Shown here in pieces: positions 26,158-36,801 of a DNA stretch of 64,000 bases. The position numbers were made by a program, and so were the translations under genes. How positions within the stretch are numbered: the first letter of the stretch is position 1; each line of letters starts with the position of its first letter. The notes under the pieces were generated by a model. It was not told where the DNA came from. It was given only the letters and a program-made list of their open reading frames with translations, and did not search any database. The DNA comes from Clostridia bacterium (GTDB lineage Bacteria; Bacillota; Clostridia; Christensenellales; UBA1242): contig JAZTWI010000007.1 in NCBI GenBank assembly GCA_045635805.1, forward strand, positions 2,749 through 66,748, read 5' to 3'.

Positions 26158-27213
26158 ATGAAAAGAATAGTATTTACAGGTGGTGGTACAGGTGGACACA
26201 TTATGCCAAACCTATCAATCATAGAAGAAATTAAAGAAAAATATGAGATATTTTACTTAGGTTCAAATAGTATGGAAAAAGAGATTATATCTAAATACCC
26301 ATATATCACATTTGTCGAAATACCATCGGTAAAACTTATACGTAGTTTGGATTTTAAAAACCTTCTTATACCCTTTAAACTAATTAAAAGCATAGACATT
26401 TGTAAAGAAAAACTAAAAGAAGTATCCCCTGACCTTATTTTTTCCAAAGGTGGATATGTTTCAATCCCCGTAAGCATAGCTGGACACAGACTAGGTATAC
26501 CCATTTTAACACACGAAAGCGACTTTAGCATTGGAATTGCAAATAGAATAATTGCAAAAAAATCAAAATATCTCTGCTGTACATTTGATGAAACTGCAAA
26601 AAAATATGGCAAAAACGCCATACATACAGGCTCACCAATAAGAAAACAAATATTTAATGGAAATAAAAACAATATTATTAATAAAATAAACCTTGATACA
26701 AGTAAACCAATCATCACTATCACAGGTGGTAGTCTAGGAGCAAAAAGAATCAATGAAGTTATATGGAACAACATCGAAACACTTACCAATAAATACACCA
26801 TTATTCACCTTGTCGGTAAAAATAAAGTCAATCATAAAATAAAAAACACTAAGAAGTATATCCAAATAGACTTTACAAACAATATAGAAGATTATTTTGA
26901 TTTAAGTGATATCGTCATTTCAAGAGCTGGTAGCAACACAATATTTGAGTTACTAGCACTGCATAAGCCAATGATACTACTGCCCTTATCAAAAAAATCA
27001 AGTCGTGGCGACCAGATAGTAAATGCTGAGATTTTCCATAAAAAAGGCTATGCAGAATATGTTTTAGACGAAAATTTAGACATAGACACACTAATAAATC
27101 AAATAAAATTAGTACTTAATAACAAAAATAAATACATAAATAATATGTCGAAATGTAAAAATGCTAATGGCACAAATAAAATAATAGAACTGATAGAAAA
27201 ACACATTAAATAG
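26158..27213 (+). CDS. murG: Lipid II-forming UDP-GlcNAc transferase MurG
   Basis: GGGTGGHIMP N-terminal motif, ITGGSLGA, and GT28 length and architecture. Start ATG 26158 after AAGGAG; the track start at 26152 is GTG. Confidence 0.85.
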   Translation: MKRIVFTGGGTGGHIMPNLSIIEEIKEKYEIFYLGSNSMEKEIISKYPYITFVEIPSVKLIRSLDFKNLLIPFKLIKSIDICKEKLKEVSPDLIFSKGGYVSIPVSIAGHRLGIPILTHESDFSIGIANRIIAKKSKYLCCTFDETAKKYGKNAIHTGSPIRKQIFNGNKNNIINKINLDTSKPIITITGGSLGAKRINEVIWNNIETLTNKYTIIHLVGKNKVNHKIKNTKKYIQIDFTNNIEDYFDLSDIVISRAGSNTIFELLALHKPMILLPLSKKSSRGDQIVNAEIFHKKGYAEYVLDENLDIDTLINQIKLVLNNKNKYINNMSKCKNANGTNKIIELIEKHIK

Positions 27214-27251
27214 ATAATATGCAGAGCAATAAAAAATAAGTATACAAAGCA

Positions 27252-27284
27252 AAAAAATAGACAATTTTATATTGTCTATTTTTC
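27252..27284. terminator. Bidirectional terminator between murG and ddl
   Basis: ATAGACAAT-TTTAT-ATTGTCTAT hairpin (27257-27279) with flanking A and T runs. It overlaps the ddl stop. Confidence 0.55.
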
Positions 27285-28403
27285 TAGTACTTTTACACCC
27301 TTATTTAGTACATCACTTATATAATTTACTTGATACTGCCCTTCTTTTACTTTCCTGTGAATAGCATTTGATATCATAATATCTATTAACTTATTATATG
27401 GATATTTTTCTTTATCAAAAAGATAATTAGCCATTGAGCCAGGAATAGTATTGACTTCATTAATATATAGCTGGTCTCCCGTATCTAAAATAAAGTCAAA
27501 CCTAACAACTCCAAACAAATCAAGTTTAGAATATATTTTAGCCGCTGTATCTCTAATGACCTGCGTCATTTCTTCATTAATAAGTGCTGGACTTATTCTT
27601 TTTATTCCTTCAAAGCCATCAGTACTATTACTATACTTTTCATCAAAACTAAGTATACTTGACTTACTAATAGGCTCTTCTGTATTAGAGAAAACTAAAT
27701 CACCCTTATTTTCGATGACAGCAATATTGATTTCTTTTTTAATATCAACATACTTTTCAATCAAAACTTTTTTATCATATAGGAAAGACTGTTTGAGCTT
27801 ATCTTCTAGTTCTTCACTACTAATTACTACTTCTATACCAATACTACTACCCAATTTTGATGGTTTTAAGATAATAGGATATCCCATTTTATTTATCTTA
27901 TCTATAACTCCCTGTTTACCTAAAATATACTCTTCTTCAAATATTGCAAATCCATCAATGGTCTCGACTCCAATACCCTTCATCATATACTTAAAGGCAA
28001 CTTTATCGAGACACATTGCACTAGACGTTAGACTACAGGCAGAATATGGAATCTTAGCCATAGAGAGCAATCCAGACACACCACCACCTTCTCCATTACC
28101 ACCATGCAGACAAAGTATAGCCGCATCAATATTTGTTATTGGTTTTAATTTTCTCTTTTTAATAGAATATAGTGTTTGAGACGAAGGGGTAATTGTACAC
28201 TCATGCACAGCAAAAAATTCATCATTATAATTATCAAGGTCAAAGAGTTCGTCTCCTGTCAACCACCTACCATTTCTGTCTATATAAATTGGAATTAGAT
28301 TGTAGTCAGGTAGATTTGCTCTACTAAGTAGTTGCACTCCTGTGATTATAGATATATCGTGCTCACAACTCTCCCCACCAAATATCACTGCAATATTTTT
28401 CAT
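27276..28403 (-). CDS. ddl: D-alanine--D-alanine ligase
   Basis: VIFGGESCEHDISI N-terminus, ATP-grasp body, EVNTIPG C-terminal motif. Confidence 0.9.
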   Translation of the reverse strand: MKNIAVIFGGESCEHDISIITGVQLLSRANLPDYNLIPIYIDRNGRWLTGDELFDLDNYNDEFFAVHECTITPSSQTLYSIKKRKLKPITNIDAAILCLHGGNGEGGGVSGLLSMAKIPYSACSLTSSAMCLDKVAFKYMMKGIGVETIDGFAIFEEEYILGKQGVIDKINKMGYPIILKPSKLGSSIGIEVVISSEELEDKLKQSFLYDKKVLIEKYVDIKKEINIAVIENKGDLVFSNTEEPISKSSILSFDEKYSNSTDGFEGIKRISPALINEEMTQVIRDTAAKIYSKLDLFGVVRFDFILDTGDQLYINEVNTIPGSMANYLFDKEKYPYNKLIDIMISNAIHRKVKEGQYQVNYISDVLNKGVKVLEK

Positions 28404-28411
28404 AATACCCC

Positions 28412-30079
28412 CTATATATAATTGTCAGGTAAATCATTTTCAATAAGAACTACATAATCTTTATCTAGAGAATTTACATAATTTTTTATATCTGAAAAAG
28501 AACTCACAAAAGTAACTCTATCTAAATCAAACCCAGCTGATTTGAGTCCAGAAACTATAGCATCACGATTGATGGATTTAACAATAACTACATCGGTCGC
28601 AACCCTTGCAATTTTCTGCCCAAGAATAAAATTATCGTCATACGCAGAATTTGTTTCTATAAAACCAGGTGTGATAACTAGAGTATGTTTTCTATTAAAG
28701 AGTGACACTGCACCTAATGCCCCATCAACCGAATCAATATTAGAATTATATCCATTATTAAGTATTGTTGCACCACCATCAGCAGTGAGTCTCTCAAGCC
28801 TTGCTTTAATGGGTTTTAATTTATCTACACCAATCTCTATATTTTCATTAGATACACAAAGCATCTTAGCCATCGCTATAGATAGCAAAATATTGATAAC
28901 ATTATGTATTCCAACAAGTGTTGTCTCTGCAGTAAATAGTTTACACCTATCCATATACACATCAAAAACACATCCATTTTCAGAAATTTTTATCCTTTTT
29001 GCATAGACACTATTTTTTATAGGAAATAAATACAACTTTAACTTTTTGTCAATATTTATATACTTACTTGCATATTTATACATTTTTTTGACTAAAACAC
29101 CACTAATATGCAAACCTTGATTTTTTAAATAAAATACGGCAATTTTTACACCAATATACTCCCTGTACATATTGTATACATATTTATTAGTTATATTAAA
29201 TATACAGTACTTCCCTGTTAGATAATCAGGGAGTTCTTTTTTTGTGCGATAAATATTATTGATATTTCCAAATGTGCTAGTATGTTGTCTACCCACTGCA
29301 GTCACAATCCCATAGTCAACATTTACTATAGAACACAGTTCCTTTATCTCTCCTACTTTCTTAGCTCCCATCTCACATATAAAGACTTCGCTAAGATTGT
29401 CTATACTAGACAAAATCGTCTTTGTTATACCCATAGGAGTATTGAAACTTTTAGGAGTAGCAACAACATTAAAATGAGTAGACAGTATCGTGCTTAAAAT
29501 TTCCTTAGTACTAGTTTTACCATAACTCCCTGTTATACCTATCTTTATAAGGTTTGGATTCTCACCTAACTTTAGTTTTGCCCTTCTAATATACGACTGC
29601 CTTATCGAATACTCTAGTGGAGACAGCACTACCAAACTAATTAGAACTATTAGATAATTCAATACAAGTATAAACGGCATAAATGCCACTATAAATAAAT
29701 TATCTATAATCAGTGTTAAGATTAAATATAAAATAAGAATTATTGTTGATATGATTATCAACCTACACATACGCTTAGTGTATTTAATTTTTTTAATAGA
29801 ATTAAACTTATCTCCAGCAGATACAATTATGCCACCAGATAGAATTAAAAGTGCAGTTAAATAATAAATATTTCTATACCCTATAATGAGTATCGCAATC
29901 ACTGCTATTAAGTATAGGAGCCATTGAATATATGTTTTCTTAAAACCAAAACAAAAATACTCCCATATAGACCTATATGTATAACCTGACATTTGTACTA
30001 AATACATAAGTCTAGATAGATACTCAAATTCAAAAATAAAAACAAAAGACATATAACAAAAACAAAAAAGAAAATCCAT
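28412..30079 (-). CDS. murF: MurF-like Mur ligase (UDP-MurNAc-tripeptide--D-Ala-D-Ala ligase family) with N-terminal multi-TM domain
   Basis: P-loop IGITGSYGKTSTKE; KSFNTPMGITKT; EMGAKKVGEI; VGRQHTSTFG. Adjacent to ddl. The first 165 aa or so are 4-5 hydrophobic helices rather than the usual soluble N-domain. Confidence 0.7.
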   Translation of the reverse strand: MDFLFCFCYMSFVFIFEFEYLSRLMYLVQMSGYTYRSIWEYFCFGFKKTYIQWLLYLIAVIAILIIGYRNIYYLTALLILSGGIIVSAGDKFNSIKKIKYTKRMCRLIIISTIILILYLILTLIIDNLFIVAFMPFILVLNYLIVLISLVVLSPLEYSIRQSYIRRAKLKLGENPNLIKIGITGSYGKTSTKEILSTILSTHFNVVATPKSFNTPMGITKTILSSIDNLSEVFICEMGAKKVGEIKELCSIVNVDYGIVTAVGRQHTSTFGNINNIYRTKKELPDYLTGKYCIFNITNKYVYNMYREYIGVKIAVFYLKNQGLHISGVLVKKMYKYASKYINIDKKLKLYLFPIKNSVYAKRIKISENGCVFDVYMDRCKLFTAETTLVGIHNVINILLSIAMAKMLCVSNENIEIGVDKLKPIKARLERLTADGGATILNNGYNSNIDSVDGALGAVSLFNRKHTLVITPGFIETNSAYDDNFILGQKIARVATDVVIVKSINRDAIVSGLKSAGFDLDRVTFVSSFSDIKNYVNSLDKDYVVLIENDLPDNYI

Positions 30080-30124
30080 TTCTCACCATAAATATTATTT
30101 ATAATATCTATGATAAAAAATAGA

Positions 30125-30853
30125 TTATTTGTTACTAAGCAAACTCTCAATTATGAATGCAAAACTATTTAGTCTTTTAAGGTATACAAAGTGCCCACCC
30201 TTTTTATTTATAGTGGCGACAGAGCCTTCTATTTTTTTATTTAATTTTTTGCAAATCCAAAAGGGTGTGGATTTATCATCTTTTGCCCAGAATAACTTTG
30301 TCCTAACCCTAATCTTGCTAAGCAAATAACTAAGGTCTTGATTTACTATTTTTACAAAGCACGACTTCATTACAGGGTTTAATTTTTTGTAATCTCTACT
30401 ACCTGCATTTTCTAATTTTTTAGCAGAGTATAGACCATAAGCAGACAATTTTTTTTTAAATTTATAAAGTAGAACTTTTACTTTCTTTTTTAAATCAAAT
30501 CTATTAAGCCCTGCACTAGAAGTCAAAACAAGCCCTTCTATATTAATATCAAATACCGAAGATAAAATAATCGCCACCCTGCCACCAAAGGAGTGTCCCA
30601 CTAGTATTATATTTTTTATATTTAATTTACTAAGAAGTAAAAAAATTTGATAGGCGTATTCATATGTGTCATAGTATTCTTCTGGCATACCAGAATCACC
30701 AAACCCATAGAAATCAACTATCAAACATTTAGCTTTAGTATTAAATTTTTTACTTAAGATGGCAAAGGCATCTTTACTCATACCCCAGCCATGGAGCATT
30801 ACAATCGTCTTTTCCCCAGAACCTTCTAGAGAATACATTAGTTTACTTGTCAT
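30125..30853 (-). CDS. Alpha/beta hydrolase
   Basis: HGWG oxyanion region, GHSFGG nucleophile elbow, C-terminal GGHF. Confidence 0.7.
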   Translation of the reverse strand: MTSKLMYSLEGSGEKTIVMLHGWGMSKDAFAILSKKFNTKAKCLIVDFYGFGDSGMPEEYYDTYEYAYQIFLLLSKLNIKNIILVGHSFGGRVAIILSSVFDINIEGLVLTSSAGLNRFDLKKKVKVLLYKFKKKLSAYGLYSAKKLENAGSRDYKKLNPVMKSCFVKIVNQDLSYLLSKIRVRTKLFWAKDDKSTPFWICKKLNKKIEGSVATINKKGGHFVYLKRLNSFAFIIESLLSNK

Positions 30854-31286
30854 TTAATTTCAACCTATACAAATCTGCATCAATTCCATTGTAGTATTTT
30901 TCTCTAGTGTAATACTTAATAAAACCAAATTTCTCGTATAAGTTCTTTGCAGGAATATTATCTACTCTTACTTCTAAGAATATGATTTTTACTCCTTGTT
31001 GTTTTAAAGTTTCTATAGCATTACTGATAAGTCTACCAGCAAGTCCTTGCCTTCTATAACTTGAGTCTATTACAACCTTGATTAGTTCTGCTTCGTCTAC
31101 TGCAATATTAAAATTAATATAACCTATAATCCTGCTATCATCTTCTGTAACCAAAGTATAAGAAGTCTCTGCAACTAGCATAGAATTAATAGTATCTAGC
31201 GAATAAGAATCTTTCTCAAAAGAATCTAAAATATGTATCTTCTCACCATCTTCAACTCTAGCCTTTCTAATTAAAAAATTACTCAT
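30843..31286 (-). CDS. rimI: Ribosomal-protein-alanine N-acetyltransferase (GNAT)
   Basis: GNAT motif A YRRQGLAGRLI. Follows tsaE-tsaB as in many bacteria; overlaps both neighbours. Confidence 0.75.
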   Translation of the reverse strand: MSNFLIRKARVEDGEKIHILDSFEKDSYSLDTINSMLVAETSYTLVTEDDSRIIGYINFNIAVDEAELIKVVIDSSYRRQGLAGRLISNAIETLKQQGVKIIFLEVRVDNIPAKNLYEKFGFIKYYTREKYYNGIDADLYRLKLNDK

Positions 31287-31902
31287 TTTTCAAATTCCTT
31301 TCTGCCTGAGAGAGTTGTAGATAATATGGAACGAAGTCTTCCTTCTCTCCACCTAATTTAGCCTTAATTGCATCAATATATAGTTCGTCAAGAGACTCTA
31401 TAACTTCTATATTATTATATTCTAGAGCAATTGCAATTTGTTCTTCTGCTAGTATATATATCTTTTCCCCATCAAATGTATCTATTATACTACTCTTATC
31501 TATAACAGACGCATCTACTACCTTTTTAGATTTGATTTTTGCATAATAACAACTAGTATTAGTGCTATTTAGTAGCACTACACCGTTTTTTACCACACTC
31601 GCCAAAATTTCAAAAGTATTGATAGGTACTATTTCTTTCTTAGCAACTTGATTAAAGCCTTTGATTGTAGACATTCCTACTCTGATGCCTGTAAAAGAAC
31701 CAGGACCTACAACAGCAGAGTAATAATCAAAATCATTTATATCCATCTTATTATCAAGTAAAGCCTTCTCTATATATAGAAATAATCCTTCACTATGTTT
31801 AACTCCATCACCCATAGTCAAAACGAACTTATTATCTTTTTCTTCATCATATAGAAAAATCTTTGCTATTTTTCTAGTTGTATCTATACCAAATATTTTC
31901 AT
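31279..31902 (-). CDS. tsaB: tRNA t6A37 biosynthesis protein TsaB
   Basis: MKIFGIDTT start (ATG 31902; the track start lies further upstream) and GPGSFTGIRVG motif. Confidence 0.8.
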   Translation of the reverse strand: MKIFGIDTTRKIAKIFLYDEEKDNKFVLTMGDGVKHSEGLFLYIEKALLDNKMDINDFDYYSAVVGPGSFTGIRVGMSTIKGFNQVAKKEIVPINTFEILASVVKNGVVLLNSTNTSCYYAKIKSKKVVDASVIDKSSIIDTFDGEKIYILAEEQIAIALEYNNIEVIESLDELYIDAIKAKLGGEKEDFVPYYLQLSQAERNLKNE

Positions 31903-31915
31903 ATTTTCACCCAAA

Positions 31916-32341
31916 TTATCTAATAATCTCAAACTTTCTTTTTTGTTCATCAATTAAAGAAATATTTATTTCTATAAAATTACCATTTAACATTTCCTTA
32001 ATATTCTCAGACCACTCTATAAATACTAGACTTCTTTTGTCACCAGAATAAATATAGTCTTCTAGCCCAAACTCCCTTACTTCATCAGGTGACTTTATCC
32101 TATACATATCGAAGTGATAAATATTAAATTTCTTAGTAGAATACTCTCTCATAATGGTAAATGTTGGGCTAGTAACTTCACCCTTAACCCCTAATGCCTT
32201 TAGCACCTGTCTAGTAAACGTTGTCTTACCTGCACCCAAGTCTCCATTAAGTAGAATTATCTCTCCACCCTGCAGAAGTTTTGCAAATTTCTTAGCAAAA
32301 CTAGTAGTCTCTTTTAAATTATTAATTATAACTGTTTCCAT
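31916..32341 (-). CDS. tsaE: tRNA t6A37 biosynthesis ATPase TsaE
   Basis: GDLGAGKTTFTR P-loop, SPTFTI, HFDMYR. Confidence 0.85.
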   Translation of the reverse strand: METVIINNLKETTSFAKKFAKLLQGGEIILLNGDLGAGKTTFTRQVLKALGVKGEVTSPTFTIMREYSTKKFNIYHFDMYRIKSPDEVREFGLEDYIYSGDKRSLVFIEWSENIKEMLNGNFIEINISLIDEQKRKFEIIR

Positions 32342-32342
32342 A

Positions 32343-33308
32343 TTATTCTTCTTCGCTTTTACTCTCTTCTGTTTTTGTTTCTTCTACTACTACATTTGTA
32401 GCCTTCTTAGCCTTAAATATAACTTTAAATAATAGTGGTAGACCTAATGAAACTACGAGACCCAATATAAAGTAGACAATGAAATATACAAAGCCTGTAA
32501 TTTCAAATAATGCATTCATTGTAAAATATAAACCAAATAGCACCGCATAAGTAATTAAACCCTTTAGGATAGTCACCCACCAAATACTCTTCTCTTCATA
32601 CTTAATATACTTCTTTTCAAGTAAATATCCTAGACTAATAGAACCGAATACACCTAAAAATGTAAAGACCTTTTTAGAAGCAAAATCAAGTGCTAATTGT
32701 ATGATTAAACACACAACAAAACCTGCCATACACGCTAGGAATATTGCATTGATTATAAAGTCAAGGCTTATCTTGTCTTTAATCTTCTGCGGACATAAAT
32801 ATATCGCATAATCAATCATAAATGGAATAGCGATACCAAGCATCGCACCAACGATAGTATCACTCAAATAATGCTGTCCCCAATAAAGCCTACTGAGCAT
32901 TACCATAATAGACATAAATATAAGCACACATAGCATAGTCACTTTCACAGACTTTTTAGCCTTTGATTTACCTATCTCTTGCATACCTGTAGTTGCCTGA
33001 ACAACAAATCCTTGAGTATGACCACTAGGAAAACTAAACTCAGACGCAGGTAGCCTATTGAATACTTCATTTGATACGACATAAGGTCTAGGTCTTCTAA
33101 TTAAAATCTTAATAGCCGCATTTATACCCACACTTATTAGATAATAAAATGAGTACTTGTATGCAAATTGCTTACTATACAGAAGATATATTCCGGCAAA
33201 CATAAGCAAGAAGAAAATTTCTTCTCCCATCTTTGTAATTAACCAAAAGTAAACATCTAAAAATGAGTTTGCAATACCCTGCACAGACTTAACAATGTTT
33301 ATTTCCAT
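32343..33308 (-). CDS. PAP2-family lipid phosphate phosphatase with extra C-terminal TM helices
   Basis: KX6RP (ILIRRPRP), PSGHT and SRLYWGQHYLSD motifs. Start ATG 33308 (MEINIV) behind GGAG. Confidence 0.75.
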   Translation of the reverse strand: MEINIVKSVQGIANSFLDVYFWLITKMGEEIFFLLMFAGIYLLYSKQFAYKYSFYYLISVGINAAIKILIRRPRPYVVSNEVFNRLPASEFSFPSGHTQGFVVQATTGMQEIGKSKAKKSVKVTMLCVLIFMSIMVMLSRLYWGQHYLSDTIVGAMLGIAIPFMIDYAIYLCPQKIKDKISLDFIINAIFLACMAGFVVCLIIQLALDFASKKVFTFLGVFGSISLGYLLEKKYIKYEEKSIWWVTILKGLITYAVLFGLYFTMNALFEITGFVYFIVYFILGLVVSLGLPLLFKVIFKAKKATNVVVEETKTEESKSEEE

Positions 33309-33415
33309 AACAACTCCAAATTGTTTATCAATCGTATTGTACCAAATATTACAAAATAAAACAAATAAATACAATTATCGTTTTATAAATATAAATATTT
33401 ATAACATAATTAAAT

Positions 33416-34177
33416 ATGGAATATAAAGTAACCAAACTAAGTAAAATATCTAATGCAATATTTTTAATCTTCACTTTATTTATGTTGTCTTTTATCTGGA
33501 CACAATATTATTTTAAAAATCTAAATTTATCACTAATTATTAGTATTCCTATTTCATTAGCAATTTATCTATCATACTTCCCAATAAAGAGATATATAGA
33601 TAAATCAAAAGAAAAGAAAAAGAAAATTAAACAATCGAGAGAAGAATTAATCCTGAGCCTAAGCTTAGGTAAAGAAAACATAATTAATAAACATTTACTT
33701 AATATTTTTGAATACGCAAACATTACTCAATTAACACCCAACCACTATCTATTAGCCAACGAAAAAGACATAGTCTTTTCTTTTCAAAAAGAAATCCTAG
33801 ACCAAGAAACATACAATAGAATTATTCGAAAAAGCATAACGTGTAGCATAACCATATTTTGTATAAAATCAAAAGTATCATACACACCTAAAGACATAGA
33901 TATCGAAGTAATAGATATTGATAAGATTTATCAAAAAGTAACACAGAATAATGTCTCATTTCCTACAAAAGTAGAACTAAAAAAACAGCCTAAATATAGG
34001 CTCAAAGATATACTTTGCATAGTTTTCAATAGAAGCAAATCTCTTAAGTATTTTTACACGTCATTACTCATTATATTTGCTAGTCTATTTACACCATTTA
34101 CTAATTACTATATCATCATCAGCACCCTGCTCTTAATTGCATCAATATATAGTAGATTCAATTCTAGATTCAACTAA
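33416..34177 (+). CDS. Membrane protein, unknown (2 TM - soluble domain - 2 TM)
   Basis: 253 aa with hydrophobic ends and a charged central domain. No recognisable motif. Confidence 0.45.
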   Translation: MEYKVTKLSKISNAIFLIFTLFMLSFIWTQYYFKNLNLSLIISIPISLAIYLSYFPIKRYIDKSKEKKKKIKQSREELILSLSLGKENIINKHLLNIFEYANITQLTPNHYLLANEKDIVFSFQKEILDQETYNRIIRKSITCSITIFCIKSKVSYTPKDIDIEVIDIDKIYQKVTQNNVSFPTKVELKKQPKYRLKDILCIVFNRSKSLKYFYTSLLIIFASLFTPFTNYYIIISTLLLIASIYSRFNSRFN

Positions 34178-34200
34178 AAAACACCCTTTCGGGTGCTTTT
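34176..34200. terminator. Small bidirectional hairpin terminator
   Basis: AAAAACACCC-TTTC-GGGTGCTTTTT lies between convergent genes. Confidence 0.45.
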
Positions 34201-34502
34201 TATTTTCTTTTACTTAATAAGTGTGCAAACTTTGGTTTTTCTGTTTCTTTGTATACAACTATTTTACTGCCAATAATTGCAACTAAAATACAATTACATC
34301 TATCACAGATTTCATTTGCCAATTCTTCTAGAGTATATGCAACATTTTTATTTACTTTAATTTTAATAAGTTCGTGTGCATATAGATTATCGTTAATTTG
34401 AGCAACTACTGTATCGGTAATGTTTTCTTTACCAACAAATACTAGGTCTTTTAATGAATGACTAAGACTAATTAGTTTTGCTCTCTCTTGTGAAGTTATC
34501 AT
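34200..34502 (-). CDS. YhbY-family CRM-domain RNA-binding protein
   Basis: 100 aa with LTSQERAKL..L.., GKENIT and ELIKIKV patterns. Lies immediately downstream of obg. Confidence 0.7.
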   Translation of the reverse strand: MITSQERAKLISLSHSLKDLVFVGKENITDTVVAQINDNLYAHELIKIKVNKNVAYTLEELANEICDRCNCILVAIIGSKIVVYKETEKPKFAHLLSKRK

Positions 34503-34511
34503 AATTTCCCC

Positions 34512-35780
<1,269 letters not shown>

Positions 35781-35787
35781 CTATCTC

Positions 35788-36417
35788 CTATTTAGAGTTT
35801 ATACAAACATTTTTCAGTACACAATTTTCGCACTTAGGATTTCTTGCTAAACAGTAATATCTACCGAATAATAACATTAAGTGATGAATATCTCCCCACT
35901 GTTCTTTTTTGAATATAGACTTTAATTTTTCTTCGCATTTGTCTGGACTATCTGTTTTAGCTAGTCCTAATCTATTACTCACCCTTAAGATATGTGTATC
36001 TACTGCAAATGCTGGAATACTAAATCCCACTGCTTGTACAACATTAGCAGTCTTATTTCCAACACCAGGAAGCGACACCAAATCACTATGACTAGAAGGT
36101 ACTTCTCCACCAAATTTTTCAATTAGCATCTTACAAGCATTTACTATATTTTTTGCTTTATTTTGATAATAATTACAAGACTTAATATCTTCTGCTAATT
36201 CTTCGTAAGAAGCCTTTGCATAATCTTCTGCTGTATGATACTTCTGAAATAACTTATCTGTTATTATATTTACCCTTTTATCTGTGCACTGTGCAGACAA
36301 CATTACAGCGATTAATAATTCTAGATTATTACTAAAATTCAGTTCACTCTTTGGCTCAGGAATTAAACCCCTTAGAGCCTTGACAATATAGTCATACTTT
36401 TCGTTATTATTTTTCAT
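35788..36417 (-). CDS. nth: Endonuclease III
   Basis: HhH-GPD LPGVGNKTANVV, catalytic DTH, and C-terminal 4Fe-4S cluster C..ARNPKCENCVLKNVC. Confidence 0.9.
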   Translation of the reverse strand: MKNNNEKYDYIVKALRGLIPEPKSELNFSNNLELLIAVMLSAQCTDKRVNIITDKLFQKYHTAEDYAKASYEELAEDIKSCNYYQNKAKNIVNACKMLIEKFGGEVPSSHSDLVSLPGVGNKTANVVQAVGFSIPAFAVDTHILRVSNRLGLAKTDSPDKCEEKLKSIFKKEQWGDIHHLMLLFGRYYCLARNPKCENCVLKNVCINSK

Positions 36418-36473
36418 ACGACCTATTATAACAAATTAAGTTATCATTGTCAAAGTCAGACATAAAATATCAT

Positions 36474-36734
36474 CTAAATAGGTAAATATTTTCTAATCAA
36501 ATCCCCCGTCATAATATACAAACCCTTACACGAAGAATAATTGCCTTTAGATAAAACATACCTAATCTGAAGTATATCTTTCTCTAGAAAAACAACAGAA
36601 AGACTACATGCTTCTCCTAATTCTCTAGGTGTATTTATAGTTTTATTTCTAACCCCCATTCTCTTAAGACTGGTCGATAATTGCATTGCTTGATTTCTAC
36701 TCGAAAAAACAGCCAAAATATTTCTCATACTCAC
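36474..36734 (-). CDS. DUF3343-like small protein (putative S/Se carrier)
   Basis: 86 aa with TPRELGEACSLSVVF. Divergent from a cysteine desulfurase-family gene. Confidence 0.5.
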   Translation of the reverse strand: MSMRNILAVFSSRNQAMQLSTSLKRMGVRNKTINTPRELGEACSLSVVFLEKDILQIRYVLSKGNYSSCKGLYIMTGDLIRKYLPI

Positions 36735-36801
36735 TCCACATTTTATATTTATATTTCATATTATTTATTATTGAAGTATTTTGTTAAAAAGGAGTAAAAA
36801 T

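Noticed and set aside
26253-28179. Long antisense ORFs (182 aa opposite murG, 242 aa opposite ddl); likewise 35260-35850 opposite obg and 28542-29006 opposite murF
   Set aside because: The opposite strands encode highly conserved enzymes with all motifs intact. The antisense frames are low-complexity and have no start context.
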